A stretch of 64,000 nt of DNA, taken from the NCBI GenBank assembly GCA_965216875.1, contig OZ244207.1, positions 3,616,001 through 3,680,000 on the forward strand, in the 5' to 3' direction. A model generated the notes under the pieces. That model ran no database searches, had not been told where the DNA came from, and was given only the letters and a program-made list of their open reading frames with translations. The stretch's first letter is position 1. Every line of letters starts with the position of its first letter. The DNA is from Rubripirellula sp. (GTDB lineage Bacteria; Planctomycetota; Planctomycetia; Pirellulales; Pirellulaceae). Positions 10,456 to 19,729 of the stretch are shown here, piece after piece. A program made the translations under genes and the position numbers.

Positions 10456-11439
10456 ATGCCCCAATCCCGCAAGCCCCAGTCGCGTCGTGATCGCCCTGCC
10501 AAGGGTGGTCGTGCCGGCTCAAGAATCTTGGGGGCCCAAAAACGGCGCGGCTCGGTGAAGGCCAACGCCAAACGCCAAGCGACGGCAGGCACCGGTGGAT
10601 CGGCAGTAGCGGTTGCCGCTCGCAAACCAAAACAAACCAAGCCCAAACGTCGGATCGTCCCGCGCGATCGCAATTGGCTCGGCAAACTTGCTCGCGAAGT
10701 CTCAACCACCCGTTTTCCGGCCAAAGAAGTCGCCGCACGCCAACGGGAAATCTACAACAACACGCTCTTGCTCAGCCGTTCGATCAGCCAACCCAATTTC
10801 GATCGCATGGGCCGTGATGACTTGGTGCGAATGATTCGAATGTACGACGACCTCTTTTTTGGCGGCCGCATCTTGCCGACCGCTGAAGCCGAGGGACTGT
10901 CGTTCGGTTTGTCCTCACGGATGACTCGCATCGCCGGGAAACTTGTCACGCACTATCCCCAAGGCAACCACGACGGGCTCAGAAAATTTGAGCTCGTTCT
11001 TTCATCGACGCTGCTGTTTCAAACCTTTGAAGATGATGTTGATCGGCCCGTCGAAGTCACCGGTCGGCTTTGCCGCGATCGTCTCGAAGCGATGCAACGA
11101 GTCGCCGAACACGAATTGGTGCACTTGGTCGAAATGCTGATTTGGAACGACGGCAATTGCAGCGAGGCGCGATTTCAATCCATTGCCAATCGATATTTCG
11201 GACACACCGACTATCGCCACGATCTGATCACACAGCGCGAACGCGCCCTGGCCAAATTCAACATCCGCGTCGGTGACAACGTGCGGTTTGCTCACGAAGG
11301 CAAGTTCTTGAAAGGGCGGGTCAATCGCATCACGCGACGAGCCACCGTACTGGTCCCGAGTCAAGCGGGCGAAAGGTTCAGCGATGGCGAGCGATACCAA
11401 CGCTTCTATGTGCCGCTTGAACGACTGCAGAAGTCTTGA
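10456..11439 (+). CDS. SprT-like Zn metalloprotease-domain protein
   Basis: SSRMTRIAGK and HELVH (HExxH) motifs; very basic N-terminus. Confidence 0.65.
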   Translation: MPQSRKPQSRRDRPAKGGRAGSRILGAQKRRGSVKANAKRQATAGTGGSAVAVAARKPKQTKPKRRIVPRDRNWLGKLAREVSTTRFPAKEVAARQREIYNNTLLLSRSISQPNFDRMGRDDLVRMIRMYDDLFFGGRILPTAEAEGLSFGLSSRMTRIAGKLVTHYPQGNHDGLRKFELVLSSTLLFQTFEDDVDRPVEVTGRLCRDRLEAMQRVAEHELVHLVEMLIWNDGNCSEARFQSIANRYFGHTDYRHDLITQRERALAKFNIRVGDNVRFAHEGKFLKGRVNRITRRATVLVPSQAGERFSDGERYQRFYVPLERLQKS

Positions 11440-11593
11440 CCAGTTGGAATGCTGATAAGAGAGAACTCAGTGTCAAAATAGAGAAAGGTCCCGAACCCAT
11501 TGGTCGTTGTTGGGATCAAATTTTGATGAATTTATGGAGAATCAGGCGTAATTGGCTTTCTTGAAAAGAATCGCCTGGGGGTAAGATGAGGCC

Positions 11594-11890
11594 ATGCGAG
11601 CGGGCGAATTAGTTATCTACCGAATGAACAAACACTCGGCATCCCCAGGACGTCGAGCGAAAAACCTGCGCCCCAGCGGCGCTGGCGATACCTACTCGTA
11701 CCAAGTCGACAAGTATTGGGTGGTCGTTGATGAGCTAGCCGATGGCCGGCTCGAAATCGCCACGAGAACAGGAAAGCGACGCGTCATCGAGCCGACCGAT
11801 GCCTGCTTGCGACCGGCGAAATGGTGGGAGCGTTGGTGGTACGCCAAGCGTTTCCCGAATCGCCAAGACTTTCTCGCCCAAGCGTCCTAG
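11594..11890 (+). CDS. small hypothetical protein
   Basis: 98-aa ATG ORF filling the gap; coding-like composition. Confidence 0.6.
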   Translation: MRAGELVIYRMNKHSASPGRRAKNLRPSGAGDTYSYQVDKYWVVVDELADGRLEIATRTGKRRVIEPTDACLRPAKWWERWWYAKRFPNRQDFLAQAS

Positions 11891-11945
11891 CGGACCAAGC
11901 GTCTTAGCGGACCAAGCGTCTTAGCGGACCAAGCGTCTTAGCGGA
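11878..11945. repeat. 17-bp tandem repeat x4
   Basis: ccaagcgtc(c/t)tagcgga four times, overlapping the upstream stop codon. Confidence 0.9.
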
Positions 11946-11958
11946 CTCGCCCCCCAAG

Positions 11959-12019
11959 TTCGTAGTACCGGCTTTAGCCGGAAGAGTCTGCAGATTCCGC
12001 CTGAAGGCGGGACTACGAA
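11959..12019. repeat. GTAG-type REP doublet
   Basis: ttcgtagtaccggctttagccgg...ccgcctgaaggcgggactacgaa; related copies near 20918 and 33405. Confidence 0.75.
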
Positions 12020-12060
12020 CTCCAACTTCGGGCGAAGGCGGCGACGTGAATCGGGACTTA

Positions 12061-12171
12061 CACTCTCCCTTGGGAGAGTCGGGCTCTAAGGCCCGGAGAG
12101 GGTTTGTTACTTGCAGAGATCGTGCCCTCCCCGGACTTTGCGTCCGACCCTCCCGCAAGCGGGAGGGTGAT
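12061..12171. repeat. ~110-bp palindromic element, copy 3
   Basis: Near-identical to 5698-5806 apart from the central spacer. Confidence 0.85.
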
Positions 12172-12357
12172 TGTTGGAGCGCTCGTGAATCGGGTTTGCT
12201 GACCAACCGCTCTGCTTGGGGCTTCACGTGCTGCTAGATTCTTGCAGGTACAATTCTTGTGAATTCCGCAACACTTGCGAACTCTTCAGCGATCCGTCAT
12301 CGCCTGATTGACGTAACATCCAGAATTCGTCGAAGAATCCTGTCCGGCCGCAATTGA

Positions 12358-13095
12358 ATGCTCATCGTCGACTCGCTGACCAAAGTCTTTACGCTCGAGA
12401 GCAGTTTGCTGCGCGCGGTCGACGGCCTTTCCTTCCAGATCGCCCCGGGCGAAGTCTACGGGCTACTTGGCCCCAACGGTGCTGGAAAGACCACGACCCT
12501 GCGAATGGTTTTGGGGCTGCTTGAGCCCGACGGCGGATTTGCCGAGGTCGATGGCTTCCGCACGGCCGATGATCCGATCGCGGTCAAGTCTCGGCTCGGT
12601 TTCGTTTCGGCCAACGACGGCGTCTACCCGTGGCTTACGGTTCGCGAGATGCTCCTTTACTTTGCAGACCTTTATGCCGTCGACGCCGATATTGCGGCAA
12701 CGCGGGTCGAGACATTGGCCGAATTGATGGAGATCAAGCCGCTGCTCGAGCGCCGCGCGGGCGCTCTCAGCACAGGACAACGTCAACGGGTCACTTTGGT
12801 TCGCGGGTTGATCCATGATCCGCCCGTGATGCTGCTTGACGAACCGACCCGGGGCCTTGATGTCGTCGGTGTGCAAACGATTTTCGACTACATCAATCAT
12901 TTGCGAGAAGTCGGAAAGGCGGTCGTCGTTTGTACTCACCGATTGGACGAAGCTGAACGCTTGTGTGATCGTTTCGGTCTGCTTCACCGCGGCCAACTTG
13001 AACACGAAGGCACGCTTTCGGAGCTGCAACAATCGACTGGGCGCGACTCACTTGTCGACATGTTTGTCGACCTCTTGAGGAGCGACGCCGAATGA
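12358..13095 (+). CDS. ABC transporter ATP-binding protein (NatA-like)
   Basis: GPNGAGKTT, LSTGQRQR, LLDEPT, H-loop. Confidence 0.92.
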   Translation: MLIVDSLTKVFTLESSLLRAVDGLSFQIAPGEVYGLLGPNGAGKTTTLRMVLGLLEPDGGFAEVDGFRTADDPIAVKSRLGFVSANDGVYPWLTVREMLLYFADLYAVDADIAATRVETLAELMEIKPLLERRAGALSTGQRQRVTLVRGLIHDPPVMLLDEPTRGLDVVGVQTIFDYINHLREVGKAVVVCTHRLDEAERLCDRFGLLHRGQLEHEGTLSELQQSTGRDSLVDMFVDLLRSDAE

Positions 13096-15221
13096 GCAAC
13101 TCAGGTTTGCACGGCCGAATCTTTCGTTTGTGCCAAAAGGAACTCAAAGAAACAGGACGTGATCGACGAACGATCATGACGCTGTTGCTGATGCCGCTGC
13201 TGGTCTACCCGCTGCTGAGCATGGCACTGAACCGGTTTCTGTTATCGGCCGGCGCACCCGAGGGCGAAAGCTACGTCATCGGCGTCGCCGACGACGCAGC
13301 AGGCAAGTACCTGAACTTTGTGTTGGGCGATCCGCTCAACCTGCCTCCTGACGAAGTGCTGCAGGCCAATGGCGGTGAACTTGCCAAGTTCAACATCGTG
13401 ATCACCGATGCCGCCGAAAACGAATTGCAGCTTTCCCCCGTCGAGGCGCTCAAACAAAACACCATTGATGTTGCTGCCGAGATTACGCCCTCCAACGGCA
13501 CGACCGACATCAAGCTGTACGCCTATCGCGGTGACATCGCCAGCGAAAACGCGCGTCGAATCCTCGTCGAACGTTTGCAGTGGTACAAACTTGCCCACGC
13601 CAGAGCAGTGTCTCAGCAAGTGGTTCGTGATTACTCGCCGCCGGTCAAAGTCGCGATTGGTGACGTGGGCGAAATTGAAGAAACACCGCTGCTGGCGACC
13701 ATCGTGCCACTGGTGCTTGTCCTGATGACCATCACCGGCGCGGTCTACCCCGCGATCGACCTGACCGCGGGCGAACGAGAACGTGGGACGATGGAGTCGC
13801 TTATGGCCTCGCCCGTGCCTCGATTCTATGTGCTGTTCGCAAAGTACGTCGCGGTGGTGATTGTTGCGTTGCTGACGGCGATCGCCAATCTGTTGGCCAT
13901 GTTCACGACGCTAACGTTCAGTGGGTTGCTGCCAATGTTGACCGGCAGCGACGCGTTCCCCTGGCTGGCCGTGCTGCAGATCCTTGGCCTCCTGGTGCTC
14001 TTCTCAGCCTTCTTTTCGGCCGTCCTCCTGTCGCTGACCAGTTTCGCCAAGTCATTCAAAGAGGCCCAGGCGTACCTGATTCCGGTGATGCTTCTGTCAT
14101 TGGCCCCCGCCATGCTCTCACTGATGCCGGGCGTCACCCTTGGCGGAGCGATGGCGATCGCCCCACTGATCAACATCGTCATTCTCGCCCGGGACGTCCT
14201 CTCCAGTTCGGTCCAACCGGCATCCGCGCTTGCCGCGATTGTGAGCACCGTTGCTTATGCCGGCGCCGCACTCGGTATCGCTGCACGCCTTTTCGGCAGC
14301 GACGCCGTCACCCGTACAAGCGAACAATCGATTGGTTCCTTGTTCCGACGCCCTCAAACGGCTCGCGATGTCCCGACACCACAAGCAGCAACATTGATGC
14401 TGGCCTTGCTGGTACCGATCTACTTTGTCGTTTCAAACGCATTGATCCAGTTGATCAAATCAAATTCGGAGTCGCTTTCAGCGTCGATGCAACTGTGCAT
14501 GAACATGACAGCACTTGCGGCAACCTTTGGCGGCGTGCCACTGATTGCCGCTTGGCTGGGACGCAACCGATTCTTAACGACGTTCCGGTTCCGCTGGGCG
14601 CCGATCCTCAGCTTCGTCGGCGCGTGTATGGTTGGACTTGGCGCCTGGGTAGCCGCTCACGAGGCGCTCGTCATCGCTCAGAGCTTTGGTATCGGCGGCC
14701 TCGATGAAGACCGCATCGAACAAATCCTCAAGTCGGTCGATCGGATGCGGGAAGCTCCCTCACCGCTTGTGTTGGTCGCACTCGCTTTGACCCCAGCAGT
14801 GATCGAGGAACTCTGTTTTCGCGGCTACCTGTTTTCGGCACTTTCAAAAGTCCTGTCACCGGGACGCGTGATCGTGATCACCGCAATTCTGTTTGGGCTC
14901 TTCCACGTCCTGACCGGAAACGCCCTCCTCATCGAACGGTTCATTCCCACCACGCTGATGGGATTGATCCTCGGTTGGGTTGCCTACCGCACCGGAAGCG
15001 TGATCCCAGGGATGATCGTGCATCTTGTCCATAACGGGCTTTTGAACCTCGTGATCTACTACCACGAAAAGATCGGCTGGTTCGGTCCCGAGTTTGACGA
15101 CCAAGCGCACTTGCCCACGACATGGATCATCGGATCAACACTGATCGCCATCGCAGGAGCAGTCCTCATTTGGGCCGCCACCAATCGGCGGTTCCAACCG
15201 ACTAACGAAGGCGCGGATTGA
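13092..15221 (+). CDS. ABC-2 permease (NatB-like) fused to a CPBP/CAAX intramembrane protease
   Basis: DLTAGERERGTMESL permease motif; EELCFRG, FGLFH and HLVHN CPBP motifs; ATGA overlap with the ATPase. Confidence 0.88.
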   Translation: MSNSGLHGRIFRLCQKELKETGRDRRTIMTLLLMPLLVYPLLSMALNRFLLSAGAPEGESYVIGVADDAAGKYLNFVLGDPLNLPPDEVLQANGGELAKFNIVITDAAENELQLSPVEALKQNTIDVAAEITPSNGTTDIKLYAYRGDIASENARRILVERLQWYKLAHARAVSQQVVRDYSPPVKVAIGDVGEIEETPLLATIVPLVLVLMTITGAVYPAIDLTAGERERGTMESLMASPVPRFYVLFAKYVAVVIVALLTAIANLLAMFTTLTFSGLLPMLTGSDAFPWLAVLQILGLLVLFSAFFSAVLLSLTSFAKSFKEAQAYLIPVMLLSLAPAMLSLMPGVTLGGAMAIAPLINIVILARDVLSSSVQPASALAAIVSTVAYAGAALGIAARLFGSDAVTRTSEQSIGSLFRRPQTARDVPTPQAATLMLALLVPIYFVVSNALIQLIKSNSESLSASMQLCMNMTALAATFGGVPLIAAWLGRNRFLTTFRFRWAPILSFVGACMVGLGAWVAAHEALVIAQSFGIGGLDEDRIEQILKSVDRMREAPSPLVLVALALTPAVIEELCFRGYLFSALSKVLSPGRVIVITAILFGLFHVLTGNALLIERFIPTTLMGLILGWVAYRTGSVIPGMIVHLVHNGLLNLVIYYHEKIGWFGPEFDDQAHLPTTWIIGSTLIAIAGAVLIWAATNRRFQPTNEGAD

Positions 15222-15226
15222 CCTTG

Positions 15227-15425
15227 AGAAGATCGGTGCCTGCAAGCACACACCCTACAGCATTTTGACAAAGTAGGGTGCCGTGCTTGCACGCACCAGG
15301 TAACAGAAGCGGCAAGGTGTGCCCGGCGCAATAGAAGATCGGTGCGTGCAAGCACACACCCTACAGCGTCTTGACAAAGTAGGGTGCCGTGCTTGCACGC
15401 ACCAGGTAACAGAAGCGGCAAGGTG
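15227..15425. repeat. 106-bp direct repeat x2 made of GTAG-type REP doublets
   Basis: agaagatcggtgc.tgcaagcacacaccctac...gtagggtgccgtgcttgcacgcacc at 15227 and 15333. Confidence 0.85.
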
Positions 15426-15433
15426 CGTGGCCG

Positions 15434-16963
15434 TTAGCTTGCGGCCTTATCGATGAACTCGGTACTCATGCCGAGATCGCCCAGGAGCAAACGACTTGAG
15501 ATGCGACTCGATTCGTAGATCACCGGCAACCCGCTGCCCGGGTGAGTCCCGCCGCCCGTCAAATAGACGCCATCAAGTTCTTCAAAGCGGTTTCGCGGTC
15601 GCCTGTGCAACATCTGCCCAAGGTTGTGAGCCAGATTGAAGGTGGCACCGCGGTAGATCGCATAGTCACGTTCCCAATCGGCGGGCGTGATCCGATGTTC
15701 AAAGCGGATCCGACTGCGAAGATCGCCAAGGCCAATCGTGGCAAGCTTGTCGAGCGTCAACTCACGAAAGCGATCCGATTCGACGCTCCAATCAACGTTC
15801 TCATGTTGATGGGTCACCGGCACCAGCACGTAAAGCCCACTGTGTCCTTCGGGAGCGAGGGAAGCGTCAGTCACACCCGCGTTTTGCACGTAGAAGGACG
15901 GGTCCTCACTGAGCACATGACGCTGTTCGATGTCCTTCAAATTGCTTTCGTAGTCGGTAGCAATGTGAATGTTGTGATGTGGCAAGTCTTCATAAAGCCC
16001 CTCGATTCCCAAGTACAACATGAACGTGCTACACGAGAACCGCTTTGAAGCGATCCGCTCGTCCGTCCATCGGCGACGATGCTGATTCGGAACGGTCTTG
16101 GTCATCCAATCCGCAAAATCGGCGTTGACCACAAACGCATCGGCTTCGTAGCGAGCGACATCGGTGTGTAGTGCTTTGACTCGTTTTCCTGACAGATCGA
16201 CGCTGCGCACCGGTTCGCCAAGCCGAATGTCGACTCCCATTTCGATCGCGATTTCGGCCATCCGCTCGCTCACGCGAGAACAACCGCCGATCGGATGCCA
16301 GACGCCATATTCGTATTCGAGAAACGACAAGATGCTAAAGAGACTTGGACATCGAAACGGTGACATCCCCAAGTACTTCGATTGAAACGCGAACGCGATC
16401 ACCAAGCGGGGATCGGAAAAGTACCGTTGCAATTCCGCACCGAGCGAACGAAACGGGTGCAGATGCGGAGCCGCCGCCATCACTGAAGGGCGCAGGAGAT
16501 CCAGTGGTGAATGAAACGGCGATTCTAAAATCGGACGAAACCGCTCGAGCTTGACGCGGTTGTCATCCATGTACCGCCGCAGCGCTCCGACGTCATCGGG
16601 AGCGAAGGTTGCGATCTGGCGATCCATCGCATCCATGTCGGCCGAGCAATCGAGCGTGCCACCCTGTCCGAACGTCAATCGGTACTGAGGGTCGAGCCGC
16701 TTCATCGGCACCTCGACCATCAGGTCACGCCCCACCGCCGCAAAGATCTCCTTGAGCACTCGCGGGTAGAGGAAGAAAGTCGGACCACAATCAAAACGGT
16801 ATCCGTCTTGCTCAATCGCCGATGTTCGACCACCAACATGGTCTCGACGCTCGAGTAACGTGACGTCGCATCCGGCGTGTGCGAGCTGCATCGCGGCCGC
16901 GAGTCCACCTGGACCAGCCCCAACAATAACGACCTTGCGACTGGTCAACGTTCTCGGCTCCAT
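15434..16963 (-). CDS. phytoene desaturase family (CrtI/CrtN-like) FAD oxidoreductase
   Basis: VGAGPGGL, FDCGPT, GGGTHPGSGLP. Confidence 0.88.
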   Translation of the reverse strand: MEPRTLTSRKVVIVGAGPGGLAAAMQLAHAGCDVTLLERRDHVGGRTSAIEQDGYRFDCGPTFFLYPRVLKEIFAAVGRDLMVEVPMKRLDPQYRLTFGQGGTLDCSADMDAMDRQIATFAPDDVGALRRYMDDNRVKLERFRPILESPFHSPLDLLRPSVMAAAPHLHPFRSLGAELQRYFSDPRLVIAFAFQSKYLGMSPFRCPSLFSILSFLEYEYGVWHPIGGCSRVSERMAEIAIEMGVDIRLGEPVRSVDLSGKRVKALHTDVARYEADAFVVNADFADWMTKTVPNQHRRRWTDERIASKRFSCSTFMLYLGIEGLYEDLPHHNIHIATDYESNLKDIEQRHVLSEDPSFYVQNAGVTDASLAPEGHSGLYVLVPVTHQHENVDWSVESDRFRELTLDKLATIGLGDLRSRIRFEHRITPADWERDYAIYRGATFNLAHNLGQMLHRRPRNRFEELDGVYLTGGGTHPGSGLPVIYESSRISSRLLLGDLGMSTEFIDKAAS

Positions 16964-17123
16964 TCCACACGTCTTTGAAAGCCGAACTCAAAACACTCGG
17001 CTGCGTTGATCCTACCAACAGATCAACGTCGTGGGGACTATACGAAGCCTGCAAGCTGGTATTCCAAGATCCCCGTCGCTCGCGCGCCAGCCCCGGCCGC
17101 TTACTCGATCACGGCTCATTGCG

Positions 17124-17252
17124 GTAGCTACGCTCGCCAGAGCGTGGTGATGGTGGAATCCGCCCGCCAACACATCCACCTTCTGGCGAAGGTAGCTACG
17201 ATCCGGTCCGAACAGCGTTCAATGCCCGGCCGCTTACGCGATCACGGCTCAC
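17124..17252. repeat. GTAGCTAC-type REP doublet plus a CTCAC-family unit
   Basis: gtagctacgctcgccagagcgtgg...ccaccttctggcgaaggtagctacg; related copies near 55318 and 59494-59666. Confidence 0.75.
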
Positions 17253-17280
17253 TGTGGTAACCACATCAACGAACGAGCGG

Positions 17281-18018
17281 CTAGAACCCGCCTTCTTTCA
17301 TCGCCGATTCAATCTCGCGGCGAATGAGGGTATCGAGAGAGACCTCGTAGGGCCCATCACCAACCTCGGCGCGATCGGCAACGGTGCGTGCCGCTTCGAC
17401 AACCTTTTCAATTTCCGCTGGCTGCAGCGGCTGATTCAACGATCGCCCGTTGGGTGCTTCGGCGTCCTCGACCAACACCGGCCTGAGCACTTCTTCGACA
17501 TCGAATGAGGTCGCTTCCCCCATTTCAACGGCGCGGCGCAGACGTGAAATCTGGTTGATCGAGTCTTCCTTGTTTTCAAGCTCCGACTTTTCAATGAACG
17601 CTTCGATCACTTCCAGTTCGCCCCACTGTGTGATCGGAAGACGTTGCAATCGCTGCATCACGCCAGCCGACTGCCAATCTTCGACGTTGCCTCGTTCCAT
17701 TTCCTTGGCAAGTTCGTCGAGCTCGGCGAGCACGGCCGACTTTTCCTCAGGCGGCAAATAGCTCTGTTCGATGTCGGGCAAAACCGAACCGCGAATCGTG
17801 CGAACGGCAAGCTCGGTTCGCTTTTGGTAAAGCACCCAGGTCGAGACACCACAACAGATGAACCCGAAAATCCCTAGCAGGACCGTGCCTGCCATGACCG
17901 CGGGCATCCAGCCAGGGCCTTCGTCCAACGGAGGCCGTCCTGTGTCGGATGATGGCGACGGATCGCTGGCCGATGATTCCTCGGCTGGATTCGGGTCTTC
18001 AGATTCTGAATCGCTCAT
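17281..18018 (-). CDS. single-TM hypothetical protein
   Basis: Acidic N-terminus, TM segment ending FICCG, helical C-terminus. Confidence 0.7.
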   Translation of the reverse strand: MSDSESEDPNPAEESSASDPSPSSDTGRPPLDEGPGWMPAVMAGTVLLGIFGFICCGVSTWVLYQKRTELAVRTIRGSVLPDIEQSYLPPEEKSAVLAELDELAKEMERGNVEDWQSAGVMQRLQRLPITQWGELEVIEAFIEKSELENKEDSINQISRLRRAVEMGEATSFDVEEVLRPVLVEDAEAPNGRSLNQPLQPAEIEKVVEAARTVADRAEVGDGPYEVSLDTLIRREIESAMKEGGF

Positions 18019-18051
18019 CGTCGATCGCTAACGCGCCACTGGCAAAGGGGC

Positions 18052-18528
18052 TCAGTCGAGGAACTCAATCTTCAAGATTTTGAATTGCAGCGTCCCAGCG
18101 CCACCTTCGACTTCAGCGGTCTCACCGACCTTCTTTCCGATCAAGCCTTGGCCAAACGGGCTGGTGACATTGATTTTGCCAGCGTCCAAGTCTTCATCCC
18201 CGGCGCCGACCAATGTGAATTGCTCTTCGTCGCCGTAGGCCAAATCTTCAACCGTCACCGTGCAACCAAAAACAACTTCGTCTTTCGGCAATTGTGAACG
18301 GTCAACGATCGAGGCGCGAGCAAGTTTGTCCTTGCGTTCGGCAATCTTGGCCATCAACATGCCTTGATTTTCACGCTGGGCGTGGTACTCGGCATTCTCT
18401 TTCAAGTCACCTTCCTCTCGCGCTTCGGCGATCTTTTCGGTGACAACGGCAACCTTTGCCTCGAGCTCTTCGATCTCAGCCTTAATCTTGTTGTAACCCT
18501 CGCGGGACATCGGTACCGATTCGTGCAT
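18052..18528 (-). CDS. greA: transcription elongation factor GreA
   Basis: [26 protein letters not shown]. Confidence 0.95.
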   Translation of the reverse strand: MHESVPMSREGYNKIKAEIEELEAKVAVVTEKIAEAREEGDLKENAEYHAQRENQGMLMAKIAERKDKLARASIVDRSQLPKDEVVFGCTVTVEDLAYGDEEQFTLVGAGDEDLDAGKINVTSPFGQGLIGKKVGETAEVEGGAGTLQFKILKIEFLD

Positions 18529-18577
18529 GGCAGGAATCCTCTGACTTGACTGTCTGACTGAAAAAGATGTGAAGCGG

Positions 18578-18616
18578 CAAAAAAAGAAACCTTCCTCGCG
18601 ATGGACGAGAAAGGCC
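18578..18616 (-). terminator. intrinsic terminator-like hairpin between yacG and greA
   Basis: Minus strand GGCCTTTCTCG-TCCATCG-CGAGGAAGGTT followed by TCTTTTTTT. Confidence 0.6.
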
Positions 18617-18686
18617 TTCGTTCAAATCCAGCGGACTAGTGTCGCCGTTTTTGCTCGCTGTGTAAAGAGATGCCAGACCACCCCAC

Positions 18687-18905
18687 CTACTGGTCATGGT
18701 CGAGGTATTCGACGGGCACATCGCCCGGATCACCCTCATGTGGAACGCCAATGTCTTCGTTGAGCCATTTGCCGAGGTCGGCCATTTGGCAGCGTTGACT
18801 ACAAAAGGGAGCCGACTTGGTTTCGTCGACCAGGAATCGTTTGCCACAAGTTGGACAGACGACCGCCGAGGGATCGGTCGAGGCGGCCTTGCTGTTGGTT
18901 CTCAT
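18687..18905 (-). CDS. yacG: DNA gyrase inhibitor YacG
   Basis: CPTCGK...PFCSQRCQMADLGKWLNE zinc-finger signature. Confidence 0.88.
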   Translation of the reverse strand: MRTNSKAASTDPSAVVCPTCGKRFLVDETKSAPFCSQRCQMADLGKWLNEDIGVPHEGDPGDVPVEYLDHDQ

Positions 18906-18975
18906 TGAGTTGCTTTCGATGACCTATTTCGAGAGTTTCTTTCGACCGAGCGACGCCAACAGGAATCCAAATTGG

Positions 18976-19671
18976 CTACCGAAGTGCCCGTAACAAGTCT
19001 TTGATTTGTTCGTGCACATCGGACGTGGCGCTCACCACCAAAACCTTCCGCATCGCAAAGTAGTGGACGGCACCGGGCCCTCCGCGCGATTGCCAAAAAT
19101 CAGGAGCGACCACCCGCTCGATCAATTCTACCAGTCGCCAACCTTCATCCAAGGCGCCCCCGGCAGCACCAACTTGTGGCGATCGCGATCTGCCGACCGG
19201 TGCACTTGATGCGTCTGCCGACGACACTCCCGAAGCCGACGTTTTTCGTTCCGAAGCGTCGCCCTCAGCCCGTTTGATTGCGGCATCGATCGCCGCGTCG
19301 ACATCGGACGCCAACGTGGCGGGTCGCTCGACTCCTCGACGAACCAAATCGTTTTCGCGTCTCTTGGCGACCCGCAGCAGTCGCCGGCGGATTTTCGCCG
19401 CTTCACCTTGCAACGTTGTACTGGTTGGATAGCGTTGGTCGCGCCGCAAAACCACATACATGTCGCAAAGTGCTGCAGTGGCGGCGTCCTTTTTTGCTGC
19501 ACTCTTCGCCGTTGCCTCGTCCTTCAACAGTGCACTGGTTTCGCGAATCAGCAAGGTCAGCGAGGGTGGTTCCGCGGCGTCCTTTTGTTTGCTTGCAGGC
19601 GTTGTTTGCCCGAAAACCATCGTATTGCCGCCCAACATCGCGGCAATCGCCACCAAAAACGGTGGAACCAT
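18976..19671 (-). CDS. secreted hypothetical protein with C-terminal planctomycete secretin-N-like motif
   Basis: LVELIERVVAPDFW...GGPG...VLVVSATSDVHEQIKDLLRALR; start uncertain. Confidence 0.6.
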   Translation of the reverse strand: MVPPFLVAIAAMLGGNTMVFGQTTPASKQKDAAEPPSLTLLIRETSALLKDEATAKSAAKKDAATAALCDMYVVLRRDQRYPTSTTLQGEAAKIRRRLLRVAKRRENDLVRRGVERPATLASDVDAAIDAAIKRAEGDASERKTSASGVSSADASSAPVGRSRSPQVGAAGGALDEGWRLVELIERVVAPDFWQSRGGPGAVHYFAMRKVLVVSATSDVHEQIKDLLRALR

Positions 19672-19729
19672 TCGCCCCCCAAATGCTACAAAGATACTCT
19701 CCCCCGAGTGTCCCGCCCTGGTTTCACAC

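Noticed and set aside
15434..16963. Carotenoid biosynthetic cluster
   Set aside because: Only a single desaturase; no synthase or other crt genes nearby
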